64,000 nucleotides of DNA from Candidatus Aminicenantales bacterium (GTDB lineage Bacteria; Acidobacteriota; Aminicenantia; Aminicenantales; UBA4085), in contig JBEKTZ010000008.1 of NCBI GenBank assembly GCA_049515535.1, forward strand, positions 1-64,000, read 5' to 3'. A model generated the notes under the pieces. That model was not told the DNA's origin. It made no database searches and saw nothing but the letters and a program-made list of their open reading frames with translations. The stretch's first letter is position 1; every line of letters begins with the position of its first letter. The position numbers and the translations under genes were made by a program. Below are positions 62,070 through 64,000 of this stretch, piece by piece.

Positions 62070-62343
62070 TTTTGCATGGTTCATCGCGCTTAGTTTTTTT
62101 AACATTGCATGGTTCTTTTTGGGTTCATGGTTTATCCTTGCTGCAATTTATCTAATTCTTAGATACTCAATCCCCAAATAATCTCTTATAATCAGTCAAT
62201 AAGTCGTGCAAATAAAACGTTAACTTTTACAAAGAAACGACTTTTTTCTTGGTATAAGGTATTTATTGCAAAAAATACACTTCAGTCATTATCGGCGGGT
62301 GATAAAGAAATAATAATCATAAAAAGTATAAACTTTCCTACTT

Positions 62344-63204
62344 TTAGCCTGCCCGAAAATTTTTTCTGTTCTCAATCTTATTAAAAATCGAATACCAATC
62401 GACTCCGGGTGAAATTAAGCTGCTCTCCAAATGCGTTCCAATGGCAGGGATAGGCACCCATAAATAATACTTGCGTCCAAAAAATATATTTTTCCAACAA
62501 TAATAAATTGCTTTCACATATATTTTAAAATAAAAACCTGAACTAAGAATATTTCGCAGATTTGTCAGTACGTTCAAACCGTTAAACTTAGTAAGCCCAA
62601 GCCACATACTGCAGTCATGATTTCCGCGTGAATATGAACGAAATATATGTTGCGTACGTCGCAACACATCTTTTGTCGTTAAAAAAGTCAAGCAGGTAGA
62701 ATGTGCCGTTCTCCAATGCAATCCGCAATAAAATGCCATTTTATATGAACCTGTACTATGAAATGGTAAAGTATAATAATCCATATGGTCGTATGGCGAA
62801 ACAAAGTCGACATGTTTATTTTTTTTTAAAAAATAAACCGCTTTCTCAAACATGCCCTCCTGATATAAATAATCATCCTCCGCGAAATATACAATTTTAG
62901 ATTCAGTTTGTTTAAGGAGGTATTCTATTTGCAGGTTAAAAGTTGCGTAATTTCCAATGCCACCCGAGTGAATAAATTCCAGATCATCCCGACTAAATGA
63001 TTCTAAAAAAATATTTTCATATTCTTTGGGACAATTATCTAAAAATATATACATTTTTGCTTTAAGGTTCCCCAAACTTGATCGAAATGACTTTACACTC
63101 AAACGTACAAGATCAAACTTATTATCGGCGTGAAAAAGGGGCGTTTTTGAGACCGCCGGATACACGCGGTATGCTACGGCAATATCATAATTTGATTTTA
63201 TCAT
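62344..63204 (-). CDS. GT-A-like glycosyltransferase
   Basis: IFLDN, YFAEDDYLY, YDHMDYY and STCLTF motifs; AT-rich. Confidence 0.7.
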   Translation of the reverse strand: MIKSNYDIAVAYRVYPAVSKTPLFHADNKFDLVRLSVKSFRSSLGNLKAKMYIFLDNCPKEYENIFLESFSRDDLEFIHSGGIGNYATFNLQIEYLLKQTESKIVYFAEDDYLYQEGMFEKAVYFLKKNKHVDFVSPYDHMDYYTLPFHSTGSYKMAFYCGLHWRTAHSTCLTFLTTKDVLRRTQHIFRSYSRGNHDCSMWLGLTKFNGLNVLTNLRNILSSGFYFKIYVKAIYYCWKNIFFGRKYYLWVPIPAIGTHLESSLISPGVDWYSIFNKIENRKNFRAG

Positions 63205-63462
63205 CCATTAACCTCGTTTTTGTGCAACCGGAGTCATTCCCCTCGATAAAGAAGGTATAATTTTCATTATTAATTTGCTCTTCCAGTTTAAGCATAAGGA
63301 TTTGCTTTTTCGCTCTGCGCGACTTACGCTCCCATTAAGCGGGGGATCGATGCTCCCGATCACGAAAAGGATAATCCCGGACGCGGATCGAGTCAAGAAC
63401 AAGAAATTTACCACGAAAGAGGCCGGCGCGGCTAGGCCCGACGCTTCGGCGTATCGCCGCGA

Positions 63463-64000
63463 TTATCCGTTTTCCCGGCCGGCTTTGGTAATATTGGCCC
63501 ATGTGTCGCGGAGCGTCACCGTCCGGTTGAAGACGGGCTTCCCGGGAGCGGAATCCTTGGCGTCCGCGCAGAAATAGCCGAGCCGCTCGAATTGAACCCG
63601 GTCGCCCGGACGGGCCGCGGCCAGCGACGGCTCGGCCATCGCCCCGGCCACGACGTCCAGGGATTTGGGATTCAAGTTCGTTTTCCAGTCCTCGCCCTCC
63701 TCGATCTCGCTGGGATCGCGCTTGGTGAAGAGCGTGTCGTAGAGCCGGACTTCGACGGGAACGGCGCGCTCCGCCGAAACCCAATGCAGGGTCGCCTTGG
63801 GGCTGCGGCCGTCCGGCGCGTCGCCGCCCTTCGTGGCCGGATCGTAGACGCAGCGGACTTCAATGATCTCCCCCGTCGCCGGATCCTTGACGATCTCCGT
63901 GCAGGTCATGAAATAGGCGTAGCGGAGCCGGACTTCCCGGCCGGGCGAGAGGCGGAAAAATTTTTTCGGCGGATCTTCCAGAAAATCGTCGCGTTCGATA
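63463..64000 (-). CDS. glnS: glutamine--tRNA ligase (3' part)
   Basis: [26 protein letters not shown]...TLHWVS...QFERLGYF...[11 protein letters not shown]. Confidence 0.95.
   Translation of the reverse strand, partial: IERDDFLEDPPKKFFRLSPGREVRLRYAYFMTCTEIVKDPATGEIIEVRCVYDPATKGGDAPDGRSPKATLHWVSAERAVPVEVRLYDTLFTKRDPSEIEEGEDWKTNLNPKSLDVVAGAMAEPSLAAARPGDRVQFERLGYFCADAKDSAPGKPVFNRTVTLRDTWANITKAGRENG

Overview
Bacterial window. The host is probably Candidatus Aminicenantes (Acidobacteriota); this is an inference from the zinc-ribbon Ser/Thr kinase, 6-bladed propeller lipoprotein and FN3-tailed secreted protein styles. The left ~41 kb is a mosaic accessory region running leftwards from the 3' end of a minus-strand tRNA-Arg(CCG) at 41.45-41.52 kb. 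In order it holds: (i) 0.3-5.9 kb, unrelated co-oriented genes separated by clusters of a degenerate ~75-85 bp repeat; (ii) a Gabija-like OLD nuclease/UvrD pair; (iii) a 9.4-16.6 kb block of small genes with tandem paralogues, several wHTH proteins and archaeal-looking BRE/TATA promoters; (iv) 16.7-31.2 kb, two divergent strings of unrelated cargo genes separated by a second, structured ATGAGGC...GCCTCAT element, flanking a broken tyrosine integrase and an origin-like AT tract, and ending in a SocA-like + proteasome-type protease pair and a tRNA-Thr 3' fragment; (v) a CorA-like protein divergent from a HEPN-like/TerB-like/sugar-binding-fold fusion; (vi) glycerate kinase, HD-GYP, an IS3 remnant and a tRNA-Leu fragment. 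The right ~22 kb is mostly GC-rich: aldo/keto reductase, M28 peptidase, a surface-polysaccharide cluster (with a truncated aminotransferase), a 5.3 kb glycan-modification insert bracketed by a duplicated glnS 3' end, and the 3' part of glnS. All family calls come from visual motif recognition, not database searches.
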